The notes under the pieces were generated by a model, which was not told the DNA's origin, ran no database searches, and was given only the letters and a program-made list of their open reading frames with translations. Below are positions 61,736 through 64,000 of a stretch of DNA of 64,000 nucleotides, piece by piece. The stretch is from an uncultured Actinomycetota bacterium (GTDB taxonomy: Bacteria > Actinomycetota > Actinomycetes > Propionibacteriales > Nocardioidaceae). Within the stretch, counting starts at the first letter, position 1; each line of letters opens with the position of its first letter. The stretch is from NCBI GenBank assembly GCA_963768905.1, contig CAVYJQ010000009.1, positions 92,565 through 156,564 on the forward strand, in the 5' to 3' direction. Both the position numbers and the translations under genes were made by a program.

Positions 61736-62157
61736 CCGACCGGCTTCGGATCGTGCGTCTCGCGCAGCCGGCGCACGAGCTCGGTGATCACGCCGACGGC
61801 GATCTCGGGGCGGAGCCGGATGGCCTCGTCGAACCCGGACTTGTGCAGCCGGAACGCCCGGACCGGGGTCACCGCGACGATCGTGGCCGACCGCGGCTGG
61901 GCGTCGAGCACCTCCATCTCGCCGACGACACTGCCGGCCGCCATCCGGATGCGCCGGTCGGGCCGGACCACCTCGACCTCACCGTCGATGACGATGAAGA
62001 GCCAGTCCTCGACCGCCCCTGCCGCCATCAGGACGGCGCCCGCAGGGAACTCGACCTCCTCGAGGACGTGAGCGAGCCCCGCGAGCACCCGTCCCGGAGT
62101 GTGGGCGAAGATCTCGACGTGACGTAGGAGCGCAACGCGCTCCACGGCCAGGAGCAC
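61732..62157 (-). CDS. Stand-alone cyclic nucleotide-binding domain protein
   Basis: ERVALLRHVEIF, LFIVIDGEVEV, phosphate-binding cassette VGEMEVLDAQPRSAT. 4-bp overlap with the next gene. Confidence 0.88.
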   Translation of the reverse strand: MLLAVERVALLRHVEIFAHTPGRVLAGLAHVLEEVEFPAGAVLMAAGAVEDWLFIVIDGEVEVVRPDRRIRMAAGSVVGEMEVLDAQPRSATIVAVTPVRAFRLHKSGFDEAIRLRPEIAVGVITELVRRLRETHDPKPVG

Positions 62158-62264
62158 GAGACCACGCTAGCCTCCGTGCGCTACGTGGGGTATGACCTCT
62201 TTAGGCTACCGAACGACCCTTGTCGGTTTCGTAATTGTCGCGTCCCCCGACCCGCCGGACCGCC

Positions 62265-64000
62265 CTAGGCAGCTTCCGACAGGGCAGCGGTCAGCAGCGA
62301 CACCAGTGCTTCGAGCTGGACGTCGGCCGAGGGAGAGCCCTCCACGTCCTCGCCGTCCAGCGCTCGTGCGGCCAGCCCCGCCTTGCTGTCGATCAGCTCG
62401 GCGATCCGGGTGTCGATGGTCTGCGAGGCGATGATGCGCCAGGCGGTGACCGGCTCCTCCTGACCGATCCGGTGGATGCGGTCGATCGCCTGGGTCTGCT
62501 CGGCGTCGGTCCACGACAGCTCGGCGAGCACCATGTTGGAGGCGACCTGGAGGTTGAGCCCCACGCCGGCCGCAGTCAGCGAGCAGACCACGATCGCGAC
62601 CTCGGGATCGTTCACGAACGCGTCGATGTTCTTCTGCCGCGCCGTCCGGGTCTGGTCGCCGCGGATCGACGAGTACTTGATGCCGCGCTTGGCGAAGGTC
62701 TCCTCGGCGACGTCCATGACGTCGACGTGCTTGGCGAAGAAGACGACCTTGCCGACGTTGTGGGCCAGCTGCGCCGCGTAGTCGGCGGCGAGCCCGGCCT
62801 TCGCCTGGCCGATCCGCCGCATCATGCTGAACACGTTCTCTTCGCTGCTCGTGGTGGTGTCCTCGCGCTCCCAGGTCGCCACCCGGCGTACGAGGTCGTG
62901 GTCGATGCCCTCGACGACGGCACCGGACTTCCGGGTCGCGAGCGCGCTCTCGTAGCGCGACACCAACCTGCGCGCGAGCTGCTTCTCGGCCTCGCGGATC
63001 GAACGACCCACCAGGTCGTCGAGCTCAACCGGGAGGTCGGCGACCCGACGGGCCGGGATGTCGGCGGCCACGTCGACCTTGCGACGACGCACGATGCCCA
63101 TGTCGATGACGCAACGACGAGCGGCCGGGTAGAACCCGGGCTCCCCTGGGGCAAGCTCGGTTTCCTCGAGCGCGTCCATCAGCTGGGCGAGCGGCTTCTT
63201 GTCGTCGATCCAGCCCAGGAACTGCCAGATCGCGCGGAAGTCCTCGATGTCGTTGATGAGCGGCGTACCGGTGAGCGCCATCAGGAGCGGGCGAGCGGTG
63301 CGGGTGCGGATCCGCTCGGACAGCTCGAGGGCGTGCTGGGACCGCTGAGACGACTTGTTCTTGATGAAGTGGGCCTCGTCGACGACCATGCCGCGGAAGC
63401 CGAAGTCGCCGAGCCAGCCGACGTGCCGGTCCAGCACCTCGTAGTTGACGATCACGATGTCGGCGAAGCCGTCGATCGTGTGTCCGTCACCGTGGATCAC
63501 CGTGGCCTTGCGCTTCGGGGTCCAGAGACCCACCTCGCGGGCCCAGTTGGTCTTGACGACGTTCGGCACGACGACGAGCAGCGGGTACGCGTTCGCTGCC
63601 TGCGCGGCGAGCAGGGCCTGGGCGGTCTTGCCGAGGCCGGGCTCGTCGGCCAGCAGGAAGCTGCGGTGGCCGCTCGCGGCAGCCGCCACGACCTGCGCCT
63701 GGTGTGCCATCAGCGGCAGCCCCGGGTGCGGCTTGGCCTCCGACGCGTCGGGCAGCGGCATGCACGAGACCCCGTTGCCGCCGTACTCGAAGGACCTGAG
63801 CAACGGCCCGAGCAGCTCCCAGTTGGCCAGCCGACGTGCGCGCGGTCGGCTCTGCGCCGCAGCCGCGAAGTCAGGGGCGAGGAACGGGTTGGCCAGCTGC
63901 CGGGAGACGACCGACTGCGGAACGACACGGCGCTCGGCGGCCGGCGAGGCAGTGGCGGGCTTCTCCGCCTCGACCACCTCGGCCTCGGCTTCGAGGCCGG
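62265..64000 (-). CDS. SNF2-family helicase (5' end outside window)
   Basis: LADEPGLGKT, DEAH, LTGTP, GVGLNLQ, QAIDRIHRIGQ. Confidence 0.93.
   Translation of the reverse strand, partial: GLEAEAEVVEAEKPATASPAAERRVVPQSVVSRQLANPFLAPDFAAAAQSRPRARRLANWELLGPLLRSFEYGGNGVSCMPLPDASEAKPHPGLPLMAHQAQVVAAAASGHRSFLLADEPGLGKTAQALLAAQAANAYPLLVVVPNVVKTNWAREVGLWTPKRKATVIHGDGHTIDGFADIVIVNYEVLDRHVGWLGDFGFRGMVVDEAHFIKNKSSQRSQHALELSERIRTRTARPLLMALTGTPLINDIEDFRAIWQFLGWIDDKKPLAQLMDALEETELAPGEPGFYPAARRCVIDMGIVRRRKVDVAADIPARRVADLPVELDDLVGRSIREAEKQLARRLVSRYESALATRKSGAVVEGIDHDLVRRVATWEREDTTTSSEENVFSMMRRIGQAKAGLAADYAAQLAHNVGKVVFFAKHVDVMDVAEETFAKRGIKYSSIRGDQTRTARQKNIDAFVNDPEVAIVVCSLTAAGVGLNLQVASNMVLAELSWTDAEQTQAIDRIHRIGQEEPVTAWRIIASQTIDTRIAELIDSKAGLAARALDGEDVEGSPSADVQLEALVSLLTAALSEAA

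Noticed and set aside
62265-64000. SNF2 helicase as part of an anti-phage system
   Set aside because: It resembles a common actinobacterial helicase. No methylase, nuclease or other defence partner is visible, and the upstream context is outside the window.

Overview
High-GC actinobacterial chromosome segment. Gene order and repeat type suggest Nocardioidaceae or similar; this is inference. The core backbone is rho-thrB-thrC-hom-lysA-argS-tRNA-Arg(CCG), kgd/sucA, malic enzyme, sodX/sodN, rsbW-sigF/B, whiB1-pdtaS, bL37-rsrA-sigR, SRAP, aroA-rsgA-hisN and an Fe3+ ABC operon with an IdeR/DtxR box. An accessory stress and transport region follows, and the window ends in a SNF2 helicase. Many genes, including essential argS, carry single extra bases, most likely sequencing or assembly indels. 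The most unusual signals are four. (1) A dispersed short palindromic element family (GTGGTYTCGA-variable core-CTCRACCASCGG) re-duplicates its 3' half, sits in-frame inside argS, and brackets an orphan membrane gene as a perfect 37-bp inverted pair. (2) A stand-alone cNMP-binding gene is coupled upstream of an NTT(TLC)-like transporter-HEAT-repeat gene. (3) A 1047-aa membrane-tethered ECF sigma factor with extracellular repeats lies divergent from a degenerate GGDEF-like gene. (4) Rho has a very low-complexity D/R/N/Q/G repeat insertion. No CRISPR array, integrase, transposase or prophage was seen.
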